A DNA stretch of 53,402 bases from Longimicrobiales bacterium. GTDB lineage: Bacteria > Gemmatimonadota > Gemmatimonadetes > Longimicrobiales > Gaopeijiaceae. The notes beneath the pieces are model-generated. The model searched no databases. It saw only the letters and a program-made list of their open reading frames with translations, and was not told the origin of the DNA. Within the stretch, counting starts at the first letter, position 1; the number at the start of each line of letters is the position of its first letter. This document shows positions 40,714 to 51,886 of this stretch, piece by piece. The position numbers were made by a program, and so were the translations under genes. The stretch lies in NCBI GenBank assembly GCA_965197725.1, contig CBDANQ010000045.1:1-53402 (forward strand), given 5' to 3'.

Positions 40714-41693
40714 ACCGGAGCCTCCACCTCGTCGAGAATCCCCTCGAGTATTCCGGCTGCCTGTTCGTGCGCGTCAAGAGTGGAGCCGGTGGTGCCCGTG
40801 GGCAGAATTCGGTGAGCTAGGCACGGCACGACGAGTTCACGGATATCGTCCGGAACGAGGTACGTGCGGCCCTGAGTCAGCGCGTAGGCTCTGGCTGCGC
40901 GGAAGAGCTGGATGTTGCCACGCGGGCTAACGCCCATACGCAGTTGAGACGACGTGCGCGTTTTCTCGACGATCGCCATCAGATAGTCGAGGATGGCAAC
41001 GTCGACTTGGACTTCCTCGACTCGCTCTTGCAGCGCCAGCACCTGCGCCGTGGAGAGAACGGTCTGGAGGCGATCCATGATCGGCTCGATCACCGCGGAC
41101 TCGGTCAGGATGCGCCGTTCCGCTTCGGGACCCGGATACCCGATCGTGATGCGCATCAGAAACCGGTCGAGCTGACTTTCGGGCAGCGGATAGGTGCCGT
41201 GATGCTCGAGCGGGTTTTGCGTGGCCATGACCACGAACGGCTTCGGTAGCTCATGCGTCTGGTCGTCGATCGTGACGCTGCCCTCCTGCATCGCCTCGAG
41301 CAGGCCGCTCTGCGTTCGTGGGGGCGCGCGGTTGATCTCGTCCGCGAGCACGACGTTGGTGAAGAGGGGGCCCCGACGGGTCTCGAAGTCAGCGGTCTTG
41401 GGGTTGTACACTGAAACGCCGAGCACATCGGACGGTAGCAGGTCGGCGGTGAACTGGATGCGACGGAAGCCCACACCCAGCGCCTTGGCGAGCGCATGCG
41501 CGAGCGTCGTCTTGCCGACTCCCGGTACGTCCTCGAATAGCACGTGTCCACGCGCCAGCACACAAGCGAGCGCGAGCTGCACGACCTCTCTCTTTCCGTG
41601 GAAGACCGTCTCGACTTCCTGCACCAAGTGGTCCAGGAGCTCTAACGAGGGTCGGGTCGCCCTCGACGGTGCGGGCGCTGTCGTTTCAGGCAT
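40710..41693 (-). CDS. MoxR-family AAA+ ATPase
   Basis: EDVPGVGKT, RIQFTADLLPSD, ADEINR, ATQNP, YPLPESQLDRF. Confidence 0.95.
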   Translation of the reverse strand: MPETTAPAPSRATRPSLELLDHLVQEVETVFHGKREVVQLALACVLARGHVLFEDVPGVGKTTLAHALAKALGVGFRRIQFTADLLPSDVLGVSVYNPKTADFETRRGPLFTNVVLADEINRAPPRTQSGLLEAMQEGSVTIDDQTHELPKPFVVMATQNPLEHHGTYPLPESQLDRFLMRITIGYPGPEAERRILTESAVIEPIMDRLQTVLSTAQVLALQERVEEVQVDVAILDYLMAIVEKTRTSSQLRMGVSPRGNIQLFRAARAYALTQGRTYLVPDDIRELVVPCLAHRILPTGTTGSTLDAHEQAAGILEGILDEVEAPV

Positions 41694-41901
41694 CTAAAGT
41701 CACGTCGTGCGGTACCGGATCCAAAAGGCTGTTGAAGAAGTACAGCGGGCCGCGCTTGCGATCCCCGGACCCGCGTTGTCGCGGGCCCAGAGAGAGCCCA
41801 CATCTGGGGTGTCCGCCCGCCCGGAAAATCAGGTGGGCTGAAGTGGAGAAAGTATAACACCCACGCGGAGAAAAAGGTCTCTAGGAGGGGGCCCGACCGT
41901 C

Positions 41902-41931
41902 TTGACCCTACCCCGATCGTTCAGGTAGCTT
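41902..41931 (+). promoter_or_regulatory. Putative sigma70 promoter of the act operon
   Basis: TTGACC-N18-TAGCTT, ~115 bp upstream of actA. Confidence 0.4.
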
Positions 41932-42046
41932 CAGGCCGCATTCAGGGCTTGTTCCGATCTGTCACAAACTGTCCGCGGATCGCAGAAGGGCCCTCCGGCG
42001 CCGCTCGTCCAGGGGCGTTCTGTTGCCTTCAGGAACAAGGCTTCGA

Positions 42047-42667
42047 ATGACAAAGCATTGGCTCATGGGCGGGCTGGCCGGCGTCTTCGTGCTCGCTGGT
42101 CTCGCGTTCGTCCAGGGTGGAGGTATCCAGGGCGAAGCAGGAGCCGAGAGTCCGGCCGACTTCGAGTCCGGGCAGCCCATCGCTTTCCCCCACAATCAGC
42201 ACGCCGGCGATCAGCCGGGGCAGAACAACATGGACTGCCAGTTCTGCCACTTCTCGGCGGAGCGGTCGGTCGACGCGGGCATCCCGTCGGTCGCGACGTG
42301 CTGGGGCTGCCACCAGGCGATTCCCGGAACGAACAACCCGAATGAGGTCGCTAAAATCAAGGGGTACCTGGATCGTGACGAGCCGATTCCGTGGGTGAGG
42401 ATCTACAAGATTGCGGACCACGCACACTTCCCTCACATGCGGCACATCAACGCGGGTCTCGAGTGCCAGCAGTGCCACGGTGAGGTCCAGGAGATGGAGG
42501 TGCTGTCCAAACCGGACGGATGGTGGGTTCCAACAACGGAGTTGTTTTTCGGACAAGATCCGGTCTGGGGTGGCGACAACATGGGGTGGTGTGTGGAGTG
42601 CCACCGGCAGCCGGATGAGAACGGCGAGCCGCAGGCGTCCACGGACTGCGCCGTCTGCCACTACTAG
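42047..42667 (+). CDS. actA: Alternative complex III pentaheme cytochrome c subunit
   Basis: QPIAFPH..H, five CxxCH motifs (CQFCH, CWGCH, CQQCH, CVECH, CAVCH), IPWVRIY. Confidence 0.9.
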   Translation: MTKHWLMGGLAGVFVLAGLAFVQGGGIQGEAGAESPADFESGQPIAFPHNQHAGDQPGQNNMDCQFCHFSAERSVDAGIPSVATCWGCHQAIPGTNNPNEVAKIKGYLDRDEPIPWVRIYKIADHAHFPHMRHINAGLECQQCHGEVQEMEVLSKPDGWWVPTTELFFGQDPVWGGDNMGWCVECHRQPDENGEPQASTDCAVCHY

Positions 42668-42682
42668 GCGCAGCCGACGACC

Positions 42683-45600
42683 ATGACTGACGGAATCAAA
42701 CGCCGCGACTTCCTCAAGGTACTTGGCGCAACAGGCGCGGGCGCGACGCTGACGGGCTGCTCGGAACCGGAGCGGCTACTGCCGTACGTGGTCGCTCCCG
42801 AAGAGATCACACCGGGTGTCGCGACCTGGTACACGACGGTGTGCGACGGCTGCTCGGCGCAGTGCGGCATGTGGGTGCGCACGCGCGAGGGCCGAGCGGT
42901 AAAGGTCGAGGGTAACCCGAACCACCCCGTCTCTCGCGGTGGTCTCTGCTCCAAGGGTCACGCCACGCTCCAGCACCTCTACAACCCGGATCGCTTCCAC
43001 GGTCCGATGATCCGCGAGGGCGACCTCCTTCGGCAGGGTACGTGGGACGAGGCGGAGCGGGTGCTCGCGGCACGAATCCGAGCGACCGGCAACGTGATGT
43101 TCATCGGTGGTCGCGTGGGTCCTTCGATGAGCAATCTGGTCGACCAGTTCGTCACGGCGGTGAACGGCACACGCGTCGAGTACGACGCGGTGTCCGACGC
43201 TCCGCTGCGCGAAGCGGCCCGCATCGCGTACGGTGCGGCGGGACTACCGCGCTACGACATCGCGAACGCGCGGCTGCTGCTGTCGTTCGGCAACGACTTC
43301 ATCGAGACCGGTTCCTCACCCGTGGCCCACAACAAGGGCCTCGCCGAGATGAGCGCGGTGGATGCGGTGGGCTCGAAAGGACGCTTCGTCTACCTGGGGC
43401 CGCGGCTCTCGACGACAGGGCTGAACGCCGACGAGTGGATCCCGATCCAGCCTGGCTCCGAGGCGGCGGTTGCGCTCGGCATGGCGTCCGTGATTGCGGA
43501 TGACGCCAGCGCCGCGGGCCCCTACGCTGATGTACTACGTTCGTACAGCCCGGCCGCGGCGGCCCAAGCTGCCGGGGTCAGCGAGGATTCGATCCGTGAG
43601 CTCGCGGAGCGCTTCGCTGCTCAGAGCCCGACGCTTGCGCTGGGTCCCGGGGTGGGTGGTCACCACCGGAACGCGACCGCAGCGAATATCGCGGTCATGA
43701 TTCTGAACGAGATCGCCGGTAACGTTGGCCGCACGGTGCACTACGACGCTGATGTGACCGCCGCGGCGGGCGCGTACGCGGACATGGAGTCCGCGGTGAG
43801 CGCGATGGCCGCCGGCCAGGTCGGAGTCGTCATCGTGCACGGCGCGAACCCCGCGTACTCCATGCCGGCCGCGTCCGGCTTTGTGGAAGCGTTCAGCCAG
43901 GCAGCGTTCAAGGTGTCCTTCGCTTCGGCGATGGACGAGACCGCTGGTCTGGCCGACCTGATTCTGCCGGACCGCCACTTCCTCGGAGGCGTGGGGCGAC
44001 TCGATGCCTCGACAGGGCGTGATGGCGCTCCAGCAGCCCGTCATGCAGCCGGTCCCGCACTTCGACTCCAAGCAGGCAGGTGACGTGCTGCTCGCGGCGT
44101 CGGCCCAGCTGGGCAACGACCTCGGAGCGGCGACGTTCTACGAGTTCATGCGCAACGGCCACATTCAGATGCACGACACCGCCCTGGGCGACTTCGAGGC
44201 ATCGTGGCGCCAGGCGTTGCGCGCCGGCGCCGTCGAGTACGACACGGGCACGACGGCTGCGGCACCACAGTTACAGGCACCGGATGTCGCGCTTTCATTC
44301 GACGCCCCAGCGCTCGATCTCGGTGGGGACCTGACGCTGCTGGTCCACCCGTCGCCGAGGTTCGGCGGCGGAGAGTTCTCGAACAGCCCGTGGCTCCAGG
44401 AGCTACCGGATCCGGTCTCGAAGATTACGTGGCACTCGTGGCTGGAGATGAACCCGCACACCGCGGAGCAGCGCGGCATCCGCGAGGGTGACATCGTCAC
44501 CGTGACGTCGCCGCACGGGACAGTAGACGTCCCGATCTGGATCTATCCCGGCATCCGCGAGGACGCGGTCGCGCTCGCGATGGGCGGCGGTCACACGAAC
44601 ATGGGCCGCTGGGCCGACGGAAGCGGAGTGAACGCGTTGGCGCTGCTGCCGTCCGAGTCGGAGCAGCCGTCGGGAGCGATGGTGACGCTTGCGACGACCG
44701 TCACTGTGACTCCCATCGGGGACCGCCGCCGAATCGCGACTGTCGAGGGATCAAACGATCAGCACGACCGGCCGATCGCGCCCGCCGTGGCGCTCGCCGA
44801 TCTCGGGCGCGCACAGGACGGCGAGCAGGAGGAGGGTCACGGCGAACTTCAGGAGCTGCAGGGCGCCGGTGGATTCGTGCCCGTGCCGGCCGAGGGCGGC
44901 GCGTCCACGGCGTTCCCGCTCGAGGGCGCCCAGCACGGTGAGTACGCTGACGCCCACGAGGGTCCGCGCTGGGGGATGGCGATCGACCTGGACAAGTGCA
45001 CGGGATGCAGCGCGTGCGTGACCGCCTGTCAGGCCGAGAACAATGTGCCGTGGGGTCGGTGAGAATCAGATCCTCATGGGCCGGGACATGAACTGGGTGC
45101 GGATCGAACGCTACTACGAGCACGTCGATGCAACGCAGGCCGGTGATCTGGACGTCCGCTTCCTGCCGATGATCTGCCAGCACTGCAGCAACGCGCCGTG
45201 TGAGCCGGTCTGTCCGGTGTTCGCCACGTACCACACGCCTGAAGGTGTGAACGTGCAGATCTACAACCGTTGTGTGGGTACGCGGTACTGCGCGAACAAC
45301 TGCCCGTACAAGGTCCGCGTTTTCAACTGGTATCGTTATGCGGACGAAAACGTCCCCGAGCCGATGAACTGGCAGTGGAACCCGGACGTCACGGTTCGCT
45401 CGAACGGCATCATGGAGAAGTGCAGCTTCTGCATGCAGCGCATACGCGAGGTCGAGAACCGTGCCGCTTTGGAGAGCGGTCGTGAGATCAACGACGGTGA
45501 AATCGTGCCGGCCTGTCAGCAGAGCTGCCCCGCCGAGGCGATCGTTTTCGGCAATATCCGTGACCCGAACTCCCGCGTCTCGCGGGTGATTTCGAGTGAG

Positions 45601-45702
45601 CGCACGTACCGGGCTCTCGACGAAATCGTCAACACGCAGCCGGCTGTGCACTACCTGAAGAAGGTGACGTTCCACGAAGTGGCGTCGGGGGGGCACGAAT
45701 AG
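42683..45702 (+). CDS. actB: Alternative complex III ActB (molybdopterin-oxidoreductase-like + Fe-S domains); two apparent +1 frameshifts (~43985, ~45052)
   Basis: Tat motif KRRDFLK; KVEGNP.HP; FL(E)AWGD restored by removing one G; NSPWLQELPDP; CTGCSAC..AC, CQHC..APC..VCP, CVGTRYCANNCPY, EKCSFC, ACQQSCP. Confidence 0.9.
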
Positions 45703-47079
45703 TGTCTACCGCGACCAAAGAGCGAACCGCGCGCGGAGCGCTACCCCATCCGGACGTCACCAGGCTCGACGACGTCAACCGCGACGTGCTGAGGGCCCTC
45801 GAGACCCCGGGCAAGGGTTGGTGGGCGGTCTTCGCGGTGGTGCCCGCGGGGCGTGGGCCTGTTCGGCATCAGTTGGGGTTGGCAGCTATATAAGGGTATC
45901 GGCGTCTCGGGTCTGAACTCGCCCGTCGGTTGGGGCGTCTACATCACATGCTTCGTCTTCTGGGTCGGTATCGCGCACTCGGGGACGCTGATCTCGGCGA
46001 TTCTGTTCCTCTTCCGGGCGCCGTGGAGACAGTCGATCTACCGGGCCGCGGAGGCGATGACGGTCTTCGCGGTCATGACGGCGGGACTCTTCCCGCTCAT
46101 CCACGTCGGACGTCTCTGGCACGCCTATTGGCTGATTCCGTATCCGAACTCCCGTTTTCTGTGGCCGAACTTCAAGTCGCCGCTGGTATGGGACGTATTT
46201 GCGATCACGACCTATTTCACTGTGTCCGCGACGTTTTTCTATCTGGGAACGATCCCGGACATCGCGGCGGCCCGTGACCGGGCGAGGGGCCTGAGAAAGA
46301 AGCTGTACCAGGTGATCTCACTCGGATGGCGTGGCACCGACCAGCAGTGGCACCACTTCGGCAAGGCATACATCTTCCTCGCGGCGCTCGCTACGCCGCT
46401 GGTCCTTTCGGTGCACTCGGTCGTGTCGTGGGACTTCGCCGTGGCGATCGTGCCGGGCTGGCACACGACGATCTTCGCGCCTTATTTCGTCGCCGGCGCC
46501 ATCTACTCCGGCGTGGCCATGGTCATCACGCTCGTGGTGCCGATCCGGAAGGTCTTCGGCCTCGAGGCGTACCTCACCACGAAGCACTTCGACGCGATGG
46601 CCAAGCTTTGCCTGCTGACGTCGCTGATCGTGTTCTACGCGTACCTGTCCGAGTTCTTCATGGCGTGGTACAGCGGTGAGGAAATCGAGCGCACCGCCTA
46701 CTGGAACCGGCTCTTTGGCACCTACTGGTGGGCGACCTGGATCATGCTGACGTGCAACGGGTTCGTTCCGATCATGCTGTGGTTCAAACGCGTGAGGCAC
46801 TCGATCCCGGCGCTCTTCGTGATCTCGATCTTCGTCAACATCGGGATGTGGTTCGAGCGCTACGTGATCGTCGTGACGTCGCTTCACCACGAGTACGAGC
46901 CGTTCGCATGGGGCATCTACCGGCCGTCCCTCACCGAGATGGGGATTCTGGTCGGGAGCTTCTGCTGGTTCGGCTTCTGGTTCCTGCTCTTCACGAGAAT
47001 CCTCCCGCCCGTCGCGATCCAGGAGCTCAAGGAAGTGCTACCGCCGCCGATTCGTACGCAGAAGGAGGCCCACTCATGA
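45702..47079 (+). CDS. actC: Alternative complex III ActC (NrfD/PsrC family); apparent +1 frameshift in the G-run at ~45848
   Basis: FVFWVGIAHSGTLISA, RAAEAMT, HVGR, SPLVWD, SVHSVVSWDFA, WFERY. Confidence 0.92.
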
Positions 47080-47600
47080 GTAGCACTGCAGGGCTCCTCG
47101 CCTCGTACGAGTACCTCGACTCCACGGTCGGCGCGATCGAGCAGCTCAAGAAAGCCGGATTCAAGGGGGTGAAGGCGTACTCACCGTACCCCGATCACCA
47201 CATCGAGCACGCGCTCGGTTACGACCAGAGCCCGGTTCGCGTTTGGACGCTGGTAGGTGGCCTCACGGGAACCGCGACGGGCTTTGCGTTCACGGCGTGG
47301 ACGTCGATGGACTGGCCTCTGGTGGTTGGCGGTAAACCCATCGTCTCGATTCCGGCCTACATCATCATCGCGTTCGAGTTGACGATTCTATTTGGGGCTC
47401 TGTCGACGTTGAGCGGACTCTTCATTCTCAGTCGCTTGCCCGATGTGAGATCCGCGGTGGTCTATGATCCCGAGTTCACGGCCGGGCGCTACGGCGTATA
47501 CGTCGAGGCGGAGGGCGGTCGCCTCGACGAGGCGAGGAACATCCTGAACGGGCAGGAGCCGATCGAGCTTCGCGAGGGCCAAGGAGGCTCGGATGTTTAA
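47076..47600 (+). CDS. actD: Alternative complex III ActD (DUF3341)
   Basis: YSPYP.H, WPLVVGGKP, FELTILF. Confidence 0.9.
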   Translation: MSSTAGLLASYEYLDSTVGAIEQLKKAGFKGVKAYSPYPDHHIEHALGYDQSPVRVWTLVGGLTGTATGFAFTAWTSMDWPLVVGGKPIVSIPAYIIIAFELTILFGALSTLSGLFILSRLPDVRSAVVYDPEFTAGRYGVYVEAEGGRLDEARNILNGQEPIELREGQGGSDV

Positions 47601-48228
47601 CGTCCGGTTCGCCCGCCCACTCGTTGCGGCCCTCGCGCTCATGACGCTGGCTGGCTGCAAGCCACTCGATGACGTTGCGGTCCTCGTCTTCGGGCGCAGC
47701 ATGCGCGATCAGCGCTCGTTCGATCCGTACGAGAACCCGCGCGGCGCGCCTGAGAACTCGGTGGCGTTCGCTTCGGCCAACTATCCTGCCGAGCCGGGTG
47801 AGGTCAACCTCGGACAGCCGGAAGGCGCCGACGTGCCGCCTTTCACCCAGAGCGATCTGGGCACGCCGGGTCAGGGCGGGCCCGCGATCCAGGGGCTCGT
47901 GAACCCGATGGATGCCAACGATCCGCTGTCGATGGCGCGTGGCGAGGAGATCTACCTGCGCTTCTGCGTGGTGTGCCACGGCCCAGACGGCGTCGGCGCG
48001 AACGCGTATATCGCCGACAAGCACCCGCTGCTGCCGGCGTACAACGTGTCTGGTGAGCAGGTCGCCGCGTACAGCGACCAGTACCTCTACGCGTTGATTC
48101 GCGTCGGGCGCGGGCTCATGCCCGAGTACGGCAGCCGGATCACGCACTTCGACCGTTGGAGTGTCGTGAACTACGTGCGACAGCTGCAAAGGCAGGCGGG
48201 TAACACGCCGGCTGGAGGAGGCGAGTAA
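47593..48228 (+). CDS. actE: Alternative complex III ActE monoheme cytochrome c lipoprotein
   Basis: Lipobox LAGC, CVVCH, GRGLMP.Y, DRW.VV.YVR.LQ. Confidence 0.9.
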   Translation: MFNVRFARPLVAALALMTLAGCKPLDDVAVLVFGRSMRDQRSFDPYENPRGAPENSVAFASANYPAEPGEVNLGQPEGADVPPFTQSDLGTPGQGGPAIQGLVNPMDANDPLSMARGEEIYLRFCVVCHGPDGVGANAYIADKHPLLPAYNVSGEQVAAYSDQYLYALIRVGRGLMPEYGSRITHFDRWSVVNYVRQLQRQAGNTPAGGGE

Positions 48229-49529
48229 TGTCTCACCTTCACATGCCAAGCGAAGTCCCGGTCCGGTACCTGCCCCGTTCAAGGAATGCCTCGATGCTGG
48301 CGGGAGGCCTCTTCGTGGTTGGTCTTGCGGCGTTCGTGATTCGGCTCGGGCAGGATCCGGGCTCGGCCTGGATCAGCTATGTCTCGAACTGGCTGTACTT
48401 CACGAGTATTTCGATCGGCGGCGTGCTCTTCGCGTTCGTGACATGGATCACCAAAGCCAAGTGGAACTGGTCGATGCGCCGCGTCAGCCAGTCGTTCGTG
48501 GCGTTCCTGCCGATCTCGTTGGTGCTGATGTTGCCGATGCTGCTCTTCCTCCGGGAGAACTACTTCCCATGGATCGAGATGATGGCCACGGACGCGATCG
48601 TCCAGAACAAAGCGGCATATCTGAACATACCGTTCCTGGTCACGCGTAACCTCGTGTGCCTGCTAGCGCTGTTCGGCATGGCGCTGTACTTCGTGTACCA
48701 CGCGCTGCGCCCGGACATGGGACTTACGAGCGGCGCCGAGGGAGGCGATCCGGTACGCGCGACGTGGCGCGGGCGCCTCACTCAGGGCTGGATGGGTCAG
48801 GAGCAGGAAGAGGTCAATAGCTACAAGCGCATGACTGCCATCGCTCCCGCGTTTGTCATCGTGTACGCCCTCGTCATGAGCGTCATCGTGTACGACTGGG
48901 TGATGACGCTCGAACCCCACTGGTTCAGCACGATGATCGGTCCTTGGTTCTTCATGGGCGCGTTCTGGGGCGGAATCGCATGCACCGCGCTGTGGAGCCT
49001 GTATCTGCGCACCCAACACGCCGACTTCAAGAACCACATCGGGCTCCAGCAGCGGCACGACATTGGCAAGCTCGCCTTCGCGTTCTGCGTATTCTGGACC
49101 TACCTGTTCTTCGGCCAGTACCTCGTGATCTGGTACGGAAAGCTGGTGTGGGAGCAGGCGTGGATCGTGACCCGGTCGGACCCGGCCTCGTGGGGCCCGT
49201 ACTCGTTGATGGTGATCGTGCTTTGTTTCGTGATCCCGTTCGCGGGACTGATGGGCCGGAAGCCAAAGATGAAGCCGAAGTTGCTGGCGTTCTTCACGTC
49301 GGTGATCGTGCTGGGGCTGTGGTTCGAGCGCTACGGCATGGTTGCTCCTTCGCTGTGGCACGAGGGTGAGCCGATCTTCACGATCTGGCAGCCGCTGATC
49401 GCTTGCATGTTCCTGGGGCTGTATCTGGGAGCGGTGCGGTGGTTCTTGAGCACGTTTCCGGCGATGCAGGTTTGGCAGCCTATGGTGGACGCGGAGACTG
49501 TTGAGGCGGAGCTCGTAGCCGCGGACTGA
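48228..49529 (+). CDS. actF: Alternative complex III ActF membrane subunit
   Basis: YLN.PF..R, DWVMTLEPHWFST, HDIGKL, FWTY..F.QYLVIWY. Confidence 0.9.
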   Translation: MSHLHMPSEVPVRYLPRSRNASMLAGGLFVVGLAAFVIRLGQDPGSAWISYVSNWLYFTSISIGGVLFAFVTWITKAKWNWSMRRVSQSFVAFLPISLVLMLPMLLFLRENYFPWIEMMATDAIVQNKAAYLNIPFLVTRNLVCLLALFGMALYFVYHALRPDMGLTSGAEGGDPVRATWRGRLTQGWMGQEQEEVNSYKRMTAIAPAFVIVYALVMSVIVYDWVMTLEPHWFSTMIGPWFFMGAFWGGIACTALWSLYLRTQHADFKNHIGLQQRHDIGKLAFAFCVFWTYLFFGQYLVIWYGKLVWEQAWIVTRSDPASWGPYSLMVIVLCFVIPFAGLMGRKPKMKPKLLAFFTSVIVLGLWFERYGMVAPSLWHEGEPIFTIWQPLIACMFLGLYLGAVRWFLSTFPAMQVWQPMVDAETVEAELVAAD

Positions 49530-49605
49530 CTGGCCTGTGGAGGGACCGCCGGATGGGCTGTGCTCGCCGCGCTTCGGCTTAATCGGGTTTGGTCGGGGGT
49601 GCTGG

Positions 49606-49760
49606 CGGTGGGCGCTTGGTCTGAGTTCGCGGGGGGCTAAGGCTCCTGCGCGGGCATTCGTTCGCTTCGCTCACACGTGGGCCGCTTCGCGGTCCACGTT
49701 GCCCGTCTTCGGAGCCTGTTCGCGGGGTACGCCTGCGCGCTCTGAGCAGAACCCACCCGT
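49606..49760. other. Nested inverted-repeat (structured) intergenic element
   Basis: GGCTCC(49641)/GGAGCC(49711), GGGCA(49652)/TGCCC(49700), ACGTGGGCCGC-TTC-GCGGTCCACGT (49675-49699), and outer GGTGGG/CCCACC. Confidence 0.6.
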
Positions 49761-49860
49761 CGGTCCCAATACCGGTTTTGCTTGCGGGGGAGGTTGGGTG
49801 GGGCGGGGTGGCCGATCCCAGCATTCTATTGACCCGCGGGCGTGGCGACCGTGGGCTACC

Positions 49861-50742
49861 ATGAATGCCAACACACGAGCGACTCTGCCTGACTGGCTGC
49901 AGGAGCTCCTGCAGTGTCTCGACGACGAGCTGGTGCTGCGCGGCTATGCGCGACAAACGCGGTCGCTGTATTCGGCTCACGTGCGACGATTCTATGCGGG
50001 GAGAACGAGCGCGGATCAGGTGGCCACGGACGAGGAGGTCCGCGCCTGGATGCTGGGTATGCTCCGGTCAGGTTTGTCGCACAGTTATGCCAACCAAGTG
50101 CTGAGCTCGCTCAGGTTCCTGCACCGATACGTCCTGAACGTGCCTGCTCCGGTGGCCGACATCCCGCGGCCGAAACGTGAGAAGACACTGCCCAAGATTC
50201 TCAGCGAGCCGGAGGTGCGTCGCTTCCTAGAGGAGCTCGGATCACCCAAGCACCGGGCCATCGCATTCGTTCTCTATTCCGCCGGGTTACGCGTGGGCGA
50301 GGTGGCGCGGCTACGGGTGGAGGACATCGATTCGCAGCGAGCGCAGATCCATGTGCGCCTGGGGAAGGGGGGCAAAGACCGCTATGCCATACTGTCGCCG
50401 GTGGTCCTGGGTGTGTTGAGGGAATACGTCCGGCTGGAGCGACCCGAGCACTGGCTTTTTCCCGGCGGGAAGAGGCGGGACAAACACATTACAACCAGGA
50501 CCATCCAAAAGCAGGTCTCCCGGGCCGGGAGGAAAGCCGGCATCAGAAAGCGTGTCACGCCGCACATGCGACGTCACAGCTTTGCGACCCATCTCCTGGA
50601 GGGCGGAACGGACCTGAAGAGCATCCAGGAACTGCTCGGGCACAGGAAGATCTCCACGACGGTCATCTACACCCATGTGGCTCAGCCCAAGCTCCGGAAG
50701 ATTACGAGCCCCATCGACAGGCTCTTCGAGGATGATGAATAG
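49861..50742 (+). CDS. Tyrosine recombinase (N-terminal SAM-like domain; integron-integrase-like but lacking the IntI insertion)
   Basis: LRGYA..T...Y, YSAGLRVGE (R), GKGGKDR (K), HMRRHSFATH (HxxR), IQELLGH, TVIYTHV (Y), C-terminal SPID. Confidence 0.92.
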   Translation: MNANTRATLPDWLQELLQCLDDELVLRGYARQTRSLYSAHVRRFYAGRTSADQVATDEEVRAWMLGMLRSGLSHSYANQVLSSLRFLHRYVLNVPAPVADIPRPKREKTLPKILSEPEVRRFLEELGSPKHRAIAFVLYSAGLRVGEVARLRVEDIDSQRAQIHVRLGKGGKDRYAILSPVVLGVLREYVRLERPEHWLFPGGKRRDKHITTRTIQKQVSRAGRKAGIRKRVTPHMRRHSFATHLLEGGTDLKSIQELLGHRKISTTVIYTHVAQPKLRKITSPIDRLFEDDE

Positions 50743-50896
50743 GGGCGGGGTTGGGTGCCACCGTGTGTGGGACGCGATACGACGTGAATTGTGCCCCTTC
50801 GCGAACAGCCTACGATTTCCTCAATGATCGCTTCAACTGTCGACATTCGCGATTCTGGCCGGCAGGTCCCATAGCTGATACGGTTCGTGAGTTCGT

Positions 50897-50913
50897 CCGT
50901 TAACTGACATGTC
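50897..50913 (+). other. Candidate attI-like recombination core
   Basis: CCGTTAACTGACATG matches the right end of the downstream attC-like site (CCGTTATGTGACATG) at 13/15 positions. Confidence 0.5.
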
Positions 50914-50994
50914 TTCCAGCAGCTTCAGGGGCGTTGGACTGAAGGACGCTCAAATCCTGGTCGTACGGGTTGAAGCAAGAGGTGGCCGAGCTGC

Positions 50995-51781
50995 ATGAAG
51001 CGATCTTTCGTGTCGGAATCCAGGTTGAGTATCAGCGAGAGTACAAGGGAGTTCACTGACCGAGAATTCGCCCTCATCCTGAGCAAGGCGGCTGAGTTGG
51101 CGAGATCGTCCGGCGTAGCCGAGCGGCCCGCGACTGGATTCTCGCTGGAGGAAATGAAGGCGATCGCCGCCGAGGCCGGCCTGGATCCCGTCCTTGTCGA
51201 ACGGGCGGCTCGCCTAATCCCGTCTGATTCGAGCGGATCCCGGATCGAGCGGATGCTCGGCGGGCCAGTCAAGTATCGGCTCGAGGCCCTCTTCAGCACG
51301 AGACTGACCGACGACCAGGCAGCCCACCTCCTCTCAGCGGTCAGGGCCGCCGTCGAGCAGCAGGGTGAGGGCCAAGCCGACTCGACTGGTATGACCTGGC
51401 ACTCCGTCGGTGAAGCGAGTCAGATCCTGGTGACCGCCCATGCCGAGGGTGAAGGAACACGCGTACGGGTGGTCGTCGCCCGACGCGGCGCCTTGGCTAT
51501 CACTGGCACGTTCACTTTGCTCGGGGCACTCGTGTTCGCCATCGCTGTTGTAGTCGGCGGTGAGATCGGCGCGCTCGAGTCGATCGGTCTCGGGCCTGTC
51601 ACTTATCGCGGGCGGTGTCGCCGGAACCGTTGCTCTTGGACGAGCTGTGTGGGCTTCTACAGCCCGCGGCATTCAGAAAAGGGTGGACGGTCTGATGGAC
51701 ACTGTCGGTCGGTCACTTGGCGACGTTCGTCACCACGCAGCCCCAACGGATTCGGGGGATACATCTCAGCCTGGTCGCTGA
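50995..51781 (+). CDS. Hypothetical membrane protein (cassette-like ORF), apparent frameshift ~51597
   Basis: REFTDREFALILSKAAEL...SLEEMKAIAAEAGLDP...; the second TM helix and C-terminus continue in the frame of ORF 51560..51781. Confidence 0.65.
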
Positions 51782-51886
51782 CATCGTGCAGCTGTGAACT
51801 GGCCCCATCGGGACAGGTGGATCGCATCAATGACCGACCCGCTTGAGAGCTCGCCCTTGTTCGGCGTGGCCACCGCTGGAAGACAC

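Noticed and set aside
41726..41742. GGCTGTTGAAGAAGT resembling an IS/MITE terminal repeat
   Set aside because: No matching inverted partner or transposase found nearby.
41949..41969. Rex- or CRP-like operator TTGTTCCGATCTGTCACAA upstream of actA
   Set aside because: Only the right half-site matches and the spacing is off by one.
49861..50742. Housekeeping XerC/XerD or prophage integrase
   Set aside because: No phage genes or adjacent tRNA; the short N-domain, SPID tail and cassette-like context fit neither well. Not fully excluded without phylogeny.
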